A DNA stretch of 64,000 nucleotides from Candidatus Uhrbacteria bacterium CG10_big_fil_rev_8_21_14_0_10_48_16 (GTDB lineage: Bacteria; Patescibacteriota; Patescibacteriia; UBA9934; GWF2-40-263). The DNA lies in NCBI GenBank assembly GCA_002793515.1, contig PFEU01000006.1:10802-74801 (forward strand), read 5' to 3'. Position numbers and translations under genes: made by a program. Below, piece after piece: positions 1 through 8,938 of this stretch (the first letter of the stretch is position 1; each line of letters opens with the position of its first letter). The notes beneath the pieces were generated by a model. That model was not told the origin of the DNA. It was given only the letters and a program-made list of their open reading frames with translations, and ran no database searches.

Positions 1-1632
1 GAGATTCTTCTTCAGGAAAACTATCTTACTGAAGAAATAATCAAGCAAGCGGAGGAACGTTCTGTTACAAGCAAGAAAACACTTTTTGCAGATCTTTTAG
101 ATCAAAATATTTTAAGCAAAGACCTTATAGGACAAGCGATTGCGGAATCGTTTGGGATATCTTATTCAGATCTGAATTCTCATCAGCCTTCTAAAGAAGA
201 TGTTCTTAAGATTCCAGAAGAATTCGCTAAAGAGCATCGCTGTGTTTTTTTAAAAGAGAATGAAGAGACAAAGCAGGTGACGATTACAACAGACGATCCC
301 ACACAAGAACTTGCGACAGGATTAGCTTCATTGTTCCCAGATAAACAGGTAATCATTACGTATTCATTGGGAGAGGATATTGATACAGCGTTTTTTAATT
401 ATCAAAAAACGCTAGATACTCGATTTTCAAAAATTATTGAGTCGAAACGACACATTGCTCCTGAAATTTTGCAACAAATTTTTGAGGACGCTTTTATATT
501 TCATGCGTCCGATATCCATTTCGAACCCCGTCCGAAGGAGGTTGTTATTCGATTTCGTGTTGACGGTGTATTGCATTAGGCAGGGACGATTCCAAAAGAA
601 CACTATGAGAACATCCTTAATCGCATCAAGGTTCAAAGTAGATTGCGTATAGATGAACACTTTGCGGCACAAGATGGCTCAATGCGTTTTGAGAAAGGTG
701 AGACGGTTTTTGATCTACGCACGTCTATTGTACCAACGGTTGAGGGAGAAAAAATCGTGCTTCGAATACTTGCAGCCTATGTACAAGGATTTGGTTTGAG
801 TAATCTAGGAATGTCTGAAGCGCACCAACGTATATTGGCAGAAGTTGCACAAAAGCCGTTTGGAATGATTCTTGTGACAGGACCAACAGGAAGCGGCAAA
901 ACCACGACACTATATGCCGTACTCAAATTACTTCATCATCCAGACGTGAACATCACAACCATTGAGGATCCGGTGGAATATAAAGTTATCGGCATCAATC
1001 AGATTCAGGTAAATCCTCAGACAAATCTTACTTTTGCCAAAGGCTTACGTTCTATCGTAAGACAAGACCCAGATATTATTCTCGTTGGAGAAATTCGTGA
1101 TGAGGAAACAGCAGAGATTGCCGTAAATGCGGCGCTTACTGGGCATCTTCTTCTTTCTACCTTTCATGCAAATGACGCAGCTACGGCGATTCCAAGACTA
1201 TTGGATATGAAGGTGGAGCCATTTCTTCTTGCTTCGACCATTGAGGTCATTATTGCTCAGCGTCTCGTGCGAAAAATTTGTATCACTTGTCGTTATAGTA
1301 TTTCATCTACGTCCAAGAAAATTGGGGAAGCATTTCCTGGGGCAAAAGATTTTTTTCAAGAAAAAAAGATAACACTGTATGCCGGTAAGGGATGTGATGC
1401 GTGTGGACATACAGGATATCAAGGTCGGGCAGCTATTTTTGAATTTATTCGCGTGACGCCTGATCTGCAGGATCTTATTCTAAACAATCCCTCAACAAAA
1501 GAGATTTGGAAACTCGCAAAAGCACAGGGTTCAAAAACGGTTTTTGAAGACGGAATTGAAAAAGTGAGAAATGGAACAACGACACTTGAGGAATTGGTTC
1601 GTGTTGCACCTCCTGTAACCATAGAGTCTTGA
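1..1632 (+). pseudogene. pilB: Type IV pilus assembly ATPase PilB/GspE, 5'-truncated by window edge and interrupted by one in-frame TAG at 577-579
   Basis: Frame is open from base 1 (EILLQENYLTEE...). Motifs ASDIHFEP and RFRVDGVLH precede the stop, and AGTIPKEHYENILNRIK continues in the same frame into ORF 643..1632 with Walker A GPTGSGKTTT, TIEDPVEY, RQDPDIILVGEIRD, TGHLLLSTFHAN and CxxC..CxxC. Confidence 0.9.
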
Positions 1633-1636
1633 TTCT

Positions 1637-3091
1637 ATGACCGTTCCTTCAAAAAAAAGCACCCAGGGAAAAAAACAATCCAATTCCCGTAAAGGAAGTT
1701 GGTTTAGGATTATCCATCTGGGCCTAGGTAAGGAGCGTGATTACTTGATTGAGAATTTAAGCATGCTTGTTGCGGGTGGTATGACCGTACCCTCGGCGAT
1801 TGACGCCGTGAGTGAGGATCTGCGCAGTAAAAGCATGAAAAAAATTCTTGCTGAACTACGAGAGGATATTGATAGTGGTTCTTCATTATGGAGGGCCTTT
1901 GAACACGCTGGAATTTTCCGTGACCACACCATCTCGCTCATTCGCCTCGGCGAGGAAACGGGAAAATTGTCAGACAACCTAAAACTCGTTGCAGAGCAAG
2001 AAGAGAAGGATCGTATTTTTCGATCAAAAATCAAATCTGCAATGATGTATCCCGTTTTTGTGCTATCCCTTACCATTGTTGTTGGGGTGGCAATTGCGTG
2101 GTTTATTCTCCCGCGTCTTGCAACGGTATTTGCACAATTACGCGTTGATCTCCCGTTGCTTACGAAGTGGCTTATTGCCTCAGGGGAGTTCTTGGGTGCG
2201 TATGGAACGATTGCGATTCCGATCTTCTTTCTTGGAATCGGTTTCATTCTTTTTTTTACGTTTTATTTCGCAAAAACAAAGTTTATCGGTCAGGCATTAC
2301 TTTTTTCGGTTCCAGGAATTAAGAAATTATTTCAGGAGGTAGAGTTGGCACGGTTTGGGTATCTCCTAGGCACTCTTCTTGAGGCAGGAGTTCCTGTTAC
2401 GCAGGCCCTTCAATCGCTTTATGATGCCACATTGTTTCCTCGATATAAGAAGTTGTACATACACCTTCGAGATTATGTACAAGAAGGGAATTCATTCCAA
2501 AAAAGTTTTGCAAGCTATAAGAAATCCTCGGTTCTTGTCCCTACGACTATTCAACGATTGATCATAACGGGAGAACAGTCTGGTCATTTGTCAGAAACAT
2601 TACTCAAAATAAGTTCAACGTTTGAAGAGCGAACGGAGAACACAACAAAAAATGTATCAGTTATTCTTGAGCCGGTGTTGCTGGTTATTGTATGGCTGGG
2701 TGTTGTTGCTGTCGCTCTTGCGGTCGTTTTGCCTATTTATAGTTTGATTGGTGGGTTAAATACGGATCCCTCTCAGCAACAAGAACAACGTGTGTCCCAG
2801 GATTCTTCTATTTTCATACAACCAAATGAGGAAGAATCCGTTGAGCTCCTTCCACAAGAATCATTAGAAGAAGGTATCTCGCCAGCATTTTTAGAGATAT
2901 TACCTACAAGTTTTGGGTTTTTAAATGTCAGGGATGCATCGTCCCTGACAGGAGTTATTATTGGTCGTGTTACTTCTGGAGCCGTATATGAATATACGAG
3001 CGAACGAGATGGTTGGTATGAAATTATTCTAGAAACCACTGAAACAGGTTGGGTGTTTGGTGAATATGTCAACATTATTGAAACTCCGTAG
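1637..3091 (+). CDS. pilC: Type IV pilus platform protein PilC/GspF with C-terminal SH3b-like domain
   Basis: Two T2SSF repeats (GEETGKL, SAMMYP; GEQSGHL, LEPVLL) followed by an acidic linker and FLNVRD..S..G.IIG.V..G..Y....E.DGWYEI......GWV..EYV. Confidence 0.9.
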   Translation: MTVPSKKSTQGKKQSNSRKGSWFRIIHLGLGKERDYLIENLSMLVAGGMTVPSAIDAVSEDLRSKSMKKILAELREDIDSGSSLWRAFEHAGIFRDHTISLIRLGEETGKLSDNLKLVAEQEEKDRIFRSKIKSAMMYPVFVLSLTIVVGVAIAWFILPRLATVFAQLRVDLPLLTKWLIASGEFLGAYGTIAIPIFFLGIGFILFFTFYFAKTKFIGQALLFSVPGIKKLFQEVELARFGYLLGTLLEAGVPVTQALQSLYDATLFPRYKKLYIHLRDYVQEGNSFQKSFASYKKSSVLVPTTIQRLIITGEQSGHLSETLLKISSTFEERTENTTKNVSVILEPVLLVIVWLGVVAVALAVVLPIYSLIGGLNTDPSQQQEQRVSQDSSIFIQPNEEESVELLPQESLEEGISPAFLEILPTSFGFLNVRDASSLTGVIIGRVTSGAVYEYTSERDGWYEIILETTETGWVFGEYVNIIETP

Positions 3092-3521
3092 GAAACAGGG
3101 ATTCACATTATTGGAGGTCCTGTTGTCAGTGGCAGTCATAGCACTGATCGCTGGTTTAGGAACTCCGATTTATCAGTCATTTCAAGTACGAAATGATTTA
3201 GATATTGTGGCACATTCTCTTGTGGGATCACTCAGACGTGCACAGGTTTTAAGTCAGGCGGTCGACGGAGACACCGTGTGGGGAATTTCTGTACAGAGTG
3301 GAGCCGTTACGTTGTTTCAGGGTTCAAGTTATGTTCTGCGTGATGTACGTTTTGACGAAGTGTTTGATGTGCCCAGAAGTATTACCCCATCAGGAGTTTC
3401 AGAAATTGTTTATGAAAAATTTACGGGTGAACCTCAAACTTCAGGCACCGTCACACTCACTTCAACGACGAATGAGACCAGGACGATTACCATCAATGAA
3501 AAAGGAACAATTACATTCTAA
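3066..3521 (+). CDS. Type IV minor pilin (FimT/GspH-like)
   Basis: Prepilin site RRKQG|FTLLEVLL plus hydrophobic helix; lies in the pil operon. Confidence 0.85.
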   Translation: MSTLLKLRRKQGFTLLEVLLSVAVIALIAGLGTPIYQSFQVRNDLDIVAHSLVGSLRRAQVLSQAVDGDTVWGISVQSGAVTLFQGSSYVLRDVRFDEVFDVPRSITPSGVSEIVYEKFTGEPQTSGTVTLTSTTNETRTITINEKGTITF

Positions 3522-4128
3522 TCATAACGTTCTCCAAACCACAGCAGAGAATGTGGTGGGTTTTTCGTTAGTAGAAGTTATTCTTTCTACCTCAATTTTT
3601 GTTTTACTTATCACTGCGCTGATTGGTAGTTATCTCTATGGGCAAGAGTCAACTATGCTTGCTGGTAATCGAGCACGAGCGACCTTTCTAGCCGAAGAAG
3701 GATTGGAAGCCGTACGGAATATCCGCGATGCTGATTTTATAAATATCTCAAGCGGTACGTACGGTCTTGCCATATCAGGAAACCAATGGATCTTATCAGG
3801 CTCATCAGATGTAAACGGTCTATTTACTCGTACACTGACTATTACGGACATAGATTCAAATAGAAAAGACGTCTTAAGTACTGTCTCGTGGCAACAAAAT
3901 GCTTCCCGCTCTGGTTCAGTAACAGTTGCTACACGGGTGACTCGTTGGCAAGATAGTGCTCCACCGGTGGATTCCTGCAACGGCTATGCCGTGCAAGAAG
4001 GGTATGTGTCAGGAACATGTAGACAGAATACGAAACAATGTTCTAACAACGGAGAGGATTATCTTCCGGATGGAGATCCGTATTGTATTGGTGGGCCATC
4101 TGCTGATACGTGCTGTGCGTTGCCATAA
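3496..4128 (+). CDS. Type IV minor pilin with Cys-rich C-terminal domain
   Basis: G|FSLVEVIL; RATFLAEEGLEAVRNIRD (PilV-like); six-Cys tail. Start placed at ATG 3496 (inferred). Confidence 0.8.
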   Translation: MKKEQLHSNHNVLQTTAENVVGFSLVEVILSTSIFVLLITALIGSYLYGQESTMLAGNRARATFLAEEGLEAVRNIRDADFINISSGTYGLAISGNQWILSGSSDVNGLFTRTLTITDIDSNRKDVLSTVSWQQNASRSGSVTVATRVTRWQDSAPPVDSCNGYAVQEGYVSGTCRQNTKQCSNNGEDYLPDGDPYCIGGPSADTCCALP

Positions 4129-4130
4129 CT

Positions 4131-4646
4131 ATGAAAACGAATAATTCTAAAAAAGGATTTACTCTTATTGAATTAGTGCTCTATGTGGGGATTGCTTCAG
4201 GAATTCTTTTGGTATCCACGCTTTTTTTGCAGACCCTCCTTGAATCGAGAGTGAAGAACCAAACGATCGCTGAAGTAGAACAGCAGGGCTTGCAGGTCAT
4301 GCATTTGATTGCGCAAACAGTCCGTAACGCCGAAAACATAACTTCACCGACGATTGGCGGGAGCGCGGGATCACTTACGCTCGATGTGGTGAATATCGTT
4401 GATGATCCAACCGTTTTTTATGTTTCGGGTGACAGCATTCAGATGACAGAAGGGGCTGGGTCGACCATCGCGCTCACGAACTCGCATGTTGCTGCTTCGG
4501 CACTCACATTCCAGAATCTCTCACGGCCAGATACTCCTGGCATCGTGCGTGTTTCATTTATTTTGACTCATGTAAATTCTTCGGGTCGACAGGAATACGA
4601 ATTTAGTAAAACATTTTATGCAAGCGCCTCCTTACGACATCCGTAA
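4131..4646 (+). CDS. Type IV minor pilin (PilW/GspJ-like)
   Basis: KKG|FTLIELVLY. Confidence 0.85.
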   Translation: MKTNNSKKGFTLIELVLYVGIASGILLVSTLFLQTLLESRVKNQTIAEVEQQGLQVMHLIAQTVRNAENITSPTIGGSAGSLTLDVVNIVDDPTVFYVSGDSIQMTEGAGSTIALTNSHVAASALTFQNLSRPDTPGIVRVSFILTHVNSSGRQEYEFSKTFYASASLRHP

Positions 4647-5034
4647 TGCACACCAAGGATTTATCACGTTAATAAGTGTTATTATTGTTGGAGCGGTAGG
4701 AACTTCAATCGCCGTATCCGTCATTTTATTAGGTCTCAGTTCGTCCAGAACAAGTTTTGCTATTGAGCAATCAAGTCAAGCTAAGGCGCTTGTGAACGCC
4801 TGTGTTGAGGAGGCGCTTCAGCAGATCAGAGATTCGATCCCATATACCGGAAGTGGAAGCCTCATATTTGGGCAAGGGGACTGTTCCTATGTCGTGACAA
4901 GTCAGGGTGGACAAGATAGAACCATAACCGCATTAGGGACCGTTGGGACGATTGTGAGAAAAGCGGAAGTTGTTATTAATACGATTACCCCCTCGATAGG
5001 GGTAGTATCGTGGCAAGAATTGTCTGATTTCTAA
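4618..5034 (+). CDS. PilX/GspK-like minor pilin
   Basis: QG|FITLISVII lacks Glu5, as PilX/GspK do; AKALVNACVEEAL. Confidence 0.75.
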   Translation: MQAPPYDIRNAHQGFITLISVIIVGAVGTSIAVSVILLGLSSSRTSFAIEQSSQAKALVNACVEEALQQIRDSIPYTGSGSLIFGQGDCSYVVTSQGGQDRTITALGTVGTIVRKAEVVINTITPSIGVVSWQELSDF

Positions 5035-5098
5035 AAAAAAATGATATACTAAACACATACATTCAATTATAAAATCGATTATAAGCCATATCTCGTAT

Positions 5099-5551
5099 AT
5101 GAAAAAAATGCATCATGTGAAATCAAATCAAGGCTTTACTCTTTTGGAAATTCTTCTCGTTGTCGCCACCATCGCTATTTTAGCCGGTATCGTTATTGTC
5201 GCCTTGAATCCGAATAAACAACTTGGAGATACACGAAATTCTCAGCGTCGCAGTGATGTGAATACTATTTTGAATGCCGTATATCAATATACAATCGATA
5301 ATGATGGTGTATTGCCGACCAACATCACCACAACACAAACGGAAATCTGTAAAACGGGTGGGACCTGTACGGGTCTTATTGATCTGTCTGTTTTAACAGC
5401 GGATGAAAAGTATATAATTTCAATGCCATTTGATCCTACAGGCGGATCAACAAATGGTGCAGGTTATGAAATCAAAAAGAGCGCCAATGGTCGTATTACG
5501 GTTGTGGCTCCCGATGCCGAACAATCAGCGTCTATTAGTGTGACAAGGTAA
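5099..5551 (+). CDS. Type IV pilin, probably major pilin
   Basis: QG|[24 protein letters not shown]; [19 protein letters not shown]; preceded by TGATATACT, a -10-like element near 5042-5050. Confidence 0.85.
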   Translation: MKKMHHVKSNQGFTLLEILLVVATIAILAGIVIVALNPNKQLGDTRNSQRRSDVNTILNAVYQYTIDNDGVLPTNITTTQTEICKTGGTCTGLIDLSVLTADEKYIISMPFDPTGGSTNGAGYEIKKSANGRITVVAPDAEQSASISVTR

Positions 5552-5646
5552 ATTCTGTGATTTTACGTAAAAAAATCCTGGTTGCAGAAGACGAACCTGT
5601 ATCCGGTATGATTCCCAAGGCTGGTACGATATTAAAATCACATCAT

Positions 5647-6117
5647 ATGGATGATGCTACTTACAAAGAGATTAAAAATGACATGATTACTTTTTTGAAA
5701 GAGAAGTTTGTCATGGATTTAGCTACTTGTGTCGATAATAAGCCAGCCGTAGCTCCCGTAGTGTATGTGATTGATGAGGATTTGCAGTTTTATTTTGTTA
5801 CCTACACAAACACATTAAAATCAAATAATCTCATAAAAAATCCCCAGTGTAGTTTTGTTATTTGGGAGTTTCTAAAAATGAGTGTTCAAGCTAGTGGTGT
5901 TGCCAGTGTTGTAGAAGACGAGGCGAAAAAAGAGTGGGTCATTGAAGCTTTTGCGGATGCAGCCACGAAAGATCCAAATTTTTGGGCCCCTATTTTCAGG
6001 ATCAAAAGAGGTGATTATATGGTTTTTCAGATTAAACCAACCTGGATGAGAGTTCTGGATTTAACTCATAGCACAGTCCGTCAAATAAAATCTCCGTTCA
6101 CGGAGATTAAGATGTAA
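5647..6117 (+). CDS. Pyridoxamine 5'-phosphate oxidase-like (split-barrel flavin-binding) protein, copy 1
   Basis: LATCVDNKP..PV.Y; YFVT...K..NL.KNPQCSFVI; SVQASGVA. Confidence 0.75.
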   Translation: MDDATYKEIKNDMITFLKEKFVMDLATCVDNKPAVAPVVYVIDEDLQFYFVTYTNTLKSNNLIKNPQCSFVIWEFLKMSVQASGVASVVEDEAKKEWVIEAFADAATKDPNFWAPIFRIKRGDYMVFQIKPTWMRVLDLTHSTVRQIKSPFTEIKM

Positions 6118-6118
6118 T

Positions 6119-6520
6119 ATGTCAGACAATAACCTAAAATCCATTCTCATTTTGCTGAACGATGTTGATCTTGTTCTTTTAAATGTGATGAAGACAAAAT
6201 TTAAGAAGGAAAATGGATGGGAATCACATATAGCAACTTCTTATAATGACGCTGTTAAAGCGTTTGAAGCTTTTGAACACATCGATGGAGTGCTTACGGA
6301 GATCATCATTAATGATGCATCTGGAAGAACAGGCTTTGATTTTATTGAAGAAATACAAAGCACGAAAAAAGGAGCTGATGCAAAAGTCGTAGTTTTTACA
6401 GATTTAGGATTAGAAGAAGATAAGGAAAGAGCTAAAGCTTTGGGTGTTGATCACTATTTTATTAAAAGTAGAATTACGTTGAATGAATTATCTCAAGAAC
6501 TTAAGAAAATAATTCAATAA
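6119..6520 (+). CDS. Standalone response-regulator receiver domain, atypical (Glu at the phospho-Asp position)
   Basis: REC pattern GFDFIEEI, VVVFTD, ALGVDHYFIKS; beta3 reads GVLTEII instead of LLDI. Confidence 0.7.
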   Translation: MSDNNLKSILILLNDVDLVLLNVMKTKFKKENGWESHIATSYNDAVKAFEAFEHIDGVLTEIIINDASGRTGFDFIEEIQSTKKGADAKVVVFTDLGLEEDKERAKALGVDHYFIKSRITLNELSQELKKIIQ

Positions 6521-6524
6521 AATC

Positions 6525-7007
6525 ATGATTTCAATAACAAAAGACATAACAAATTTCCTCAAAAAGAAATTTGTTATGAATTTGGCCACGTGTGTTGAGA
6601 ATAAACCAGCTGTAGTTCCTGTCGTTTATGTCATGGATGAAGTGTACAATTTTTACTTCATCACATACAGGAACTCGCTGAAATCAAAAAATCTCATGGA
6701 GAATCCCCAGTGTAGTTTTGTCATTTGGGAGTTTCTAAAAATGAGTGTTCAAGCTAGTGGTGTTGCCAGTGTTGTAGAAGACGAGGCGAAAAAAGAGTGG
6801 TTTGTTAAAGAATATTCAGACAAATCCACAAATGACCCAAATTTTTGGGACCCTATGTTTAGGATGAAAATAGAGGAGTATGTCATTTTTGTCATACGTC
6901 CTACATGGATGAGGGTACTTGACCTCTCACATAGTACTGTCCGACAGGAAAAATCGCCGTTCACGGAGATAAGAATTCCAATCAAGGAAAGTGGTTTGGA
7001 ATCATAA
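6525..7007 (+). CDS. PNPOx-like protein, copy 2 (paralog of 5647..6117)
   Basis: Same motifs; aligns end to end with copy 1. Confidence 0.75.
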   Translation: MISITKDITNFLKKKFVMNLATCVENKPAVVPVVYVMDEVYNFYFITYRNSLKSKNLMENPQCSFVIWEFLKMSVQASGVASVVEDEAKKEWFVKEYSDKSTNDPNFWDPMFRMKIEEYVIFVIRPTWMRVLDLSHSTVRQEKSPFTEIRIPIKESGLES

Positions 7008-7121
7008 GGATTATGTCGTATATGATTATCTTGAGAATCTTTAGGAGATAACGGAATCATCTCATTTGACGCAAGGCATCACGAATCCGTTATCGTTTTA
7101 GGGAAATAAATGCATGATATG

Positions 7122-7150
7122 AAAACACCTCAGTTGCCTGAGGTGTTTTT
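7122..7150. terminator. Bidirectional intrinsic terminator
   Basis: AAAACACCTCAG-TTGC-CTGAGGTGTTTT between convergent genes. Confidence 0.8.
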
Positions 7151-7162
7151 GTTTCGTTTATC

Positions 7163-7891
7163 CTACAGTGCGTTTGCTTCCTTTTCTGCTTGCTCTTTAT
7201 CGTGTTCGAGTTTCTTGTCTTCTTTGTCGATTTCCTCTTCTGCCACTGAGCGTTTGACGTACAGGTTCATGAGGGAGAAGACGACCATGCTGGCGAAGAC
7301 GATACTCACGGCGTTGATGAGGAAGAGAATGAATGAATCAGTCATCATCGCCCAATCAAATCGTGCAAGGCCGATTCCGGTGACGGCAATGGGGGGGATC
7401 AGTGCGACAGAAATCGCGACACCAGGGAGACTTGCATTGAGGTTTGGCTTGATAAGAGCGAAGGACGCAGCGAGTCCTGCGACGACGGCAACCGCAATAT
7501 AGAGAATGGATGGTTCTGTGCGAGAAAGAATTTCAGGATTGAGTTCTGGGCTGAGCCCCGCTTGAGAGGCAAATAAAAGTGTTGCAATCGAGGCAAAAGG
7601 AATAGACCAGGCGATCGCTTTTGTGAGCGTGAATAGCGAACGAAAAATAAGTCGACTATCTGCCATGACCACTCCTAGAGAGATTCCAAGAATCGGCGAG
7701 AGGAGCGGGGCAATCAACATCGAACCAATAATAACGGCGGGACTATTTAAGAGGAGGCCGAAGACGGCCATGAGGACGGAAAGAATCGCAAGAAGAAAGA
7801 AATCGTCGCGGGGGGTACTTTCCTCAATCAACCGCTTCACCGCGGTTGTTTTATCTTGTTCGGTCATTGCGTGAAAGAGTGTCGTTGCCAT
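7163..7891 (-). CDS. DUF389/TIGR00341-family membrane protein
   Basis: GLLLNSPAVIIGSMLIAPLLSPI; SLPGVAISVALIPP. Confidence 0.85.
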   Translation of the reverse strand: MATTLFHAMTEQDKTTAVKRLIEESTPRDDFFLLAILSVLMAVFGLLLNSPAVIIGSMLIAPLLSPILGISLGVVMADSRLIFRSLFTLTKAIAWSIPFASIATLLFASQAGLSPELNPEILSRTEPSILYIAVAVVAGLAASFALIKPNLNASLPGVAISVALIPPIAVTGIGLARFDWAMMTDSFILFLINAVSIVFASMVVFSLMNLYVKRSVAEEEIDKEDKKLEHDKEQAEKEANAL

Positions 7892-7919
7892 AGTGCCTCT
7901 ATGGTATAATTTACTGACT

Positions 7920-8876
7920 ATGTTGACAAACATCCTTTTGATTATCGGTGGCTTTTACGTATTGATTAAGGGAGCGGATTATCTTGTTGGTGGATCTTCT
8001 TCTTTAGCTCGTCGTCTCGGTGTGCCTGCACTCGTTGTTGGATTGACGGTTGTGGCGTTTGGAACGTCAGCTCCTGAGCTTTTCGTGAACGTGATTGCCG
8101 CACTTAATGGATCAACGGACATTGCTATCGGAAACGTTCTGGGAAGTAACCTTGCAAACATCCTTCTTATTTTGGGGATTACCGCCATCATCGCTCCATT
8201 AACGCTAAAGAGTAGTACGGTTTGGAAAGAGATTCCGTTTAGTTTATTAGCGTCGGGTATTTTGGTCGTGCTTGGAGCTGATATGTTTCTTGAGGGGGCA
8301 GTGGGTGGTTCACTAGGACGCATTGATGGAATCGTCTTATGGGGATTCTTCTTTATCTTTCTTGTCTATACATTTGGGATTCGTGAACCAGGAGAACAGC
8401 CAGAGGAAAAAATCGAACAGATGCCACTGTTTAAAACAATCATCTCTATTGTTGGAGGATTTGTTGCGTTGGCGATTGGAGGGCAGTTTGTTGTGACAGG
8501 CGCATCGGCAATTGCCTTCTCATTAGGAATCAGTGAAAATCTTATTGCGCTCACCATTGTTGCGATTGGAACATCCCTTCCAGAACTTGTTTCAAGTATT
8601 GTGGCAGCGAGAAAAGGCCATCAAGATATTGCGATTGGAAACGTTGTGGGATCGAATATTTTTAACATTCTATTTGTCCTCTCAACAACGGCGGTTATCG
8701 CCCCACTTCCGTTTAGTGCCGTTAACATGACGGATGCGTTTGTTGTTGTGACGGCCACATTGCTGATGTTCTTCTTATTGTTTGTTGGAAAGCGTCAGTC
8801 ACTCCATCGATTTGAGGGATCCATCTTTATCCTGATGTACATCGGCTTCCTTGTATTTGCTATTGTGCGTGGATAA
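7920..8876 (+). CDS. Calcium/sodium antiporter (YrbG/CaCA family)
   Basis: Two alpha repeats: GTSAPEL..GNVLGSN and GTSLPEL..GNVVGSNIFN. Confidence 0.92.
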   Translation: MLTNILLIIGGFYVLIKGADYLVGGSSSLARRLGVPALVVGLTVVAFGTSAPELFVNVIAALNGSTDIAIGNVLGSNLANILLILGITAIIAPLTLKSSTVWKEIPFSLLASGILVVLGADMFLEGAVGGSLGRIDGIVLWGFFFIFLVYTFGIREPGEQPEEKIEQMPLFKTIISIVGGFVALAIGGQFVVTGASAIAFSLGISENLIALTIVAIGTSLPELVSSIVAARKGHQDIAIGNVVGSNIFNILFVLSTTAVIAPLPFSAVNMTDAFVVVTATLLMFFLLFVGKRQSLHRFEGSIFILMYIGFLVFAIVRG

Positions 8877-8938
8877 GTTCTAGAAAAGAGGGTTTTTCCC
8901 CTCTTTTCAATTTGGGCTTTGCCCAGTAAGCTGAGGTC

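Noticed and set aside
577-579. Genome-wide stop-codon reassignment (TAG or TGA, code 25) suggested by the pilB and 52440 stops
   Set aside because: TAG ends full-length genes (15167, 15887, 17140, 63849) and TGA ends pilB, greA, msrA and msrB at expected positions; conserved Trp and Gly use standard codons.
5839-6800. DGR template/variable repeat pair
   Set aside because: Only one mismatch, both copies are in mid-gene, and there is no reverse transcriptase in the window.
7047-7094. 9-bp inverted repeat GATAACGGA/TCCGTTATC
   Set aside because: Short, single instance with no associated element; cannot be distinguished from chance.
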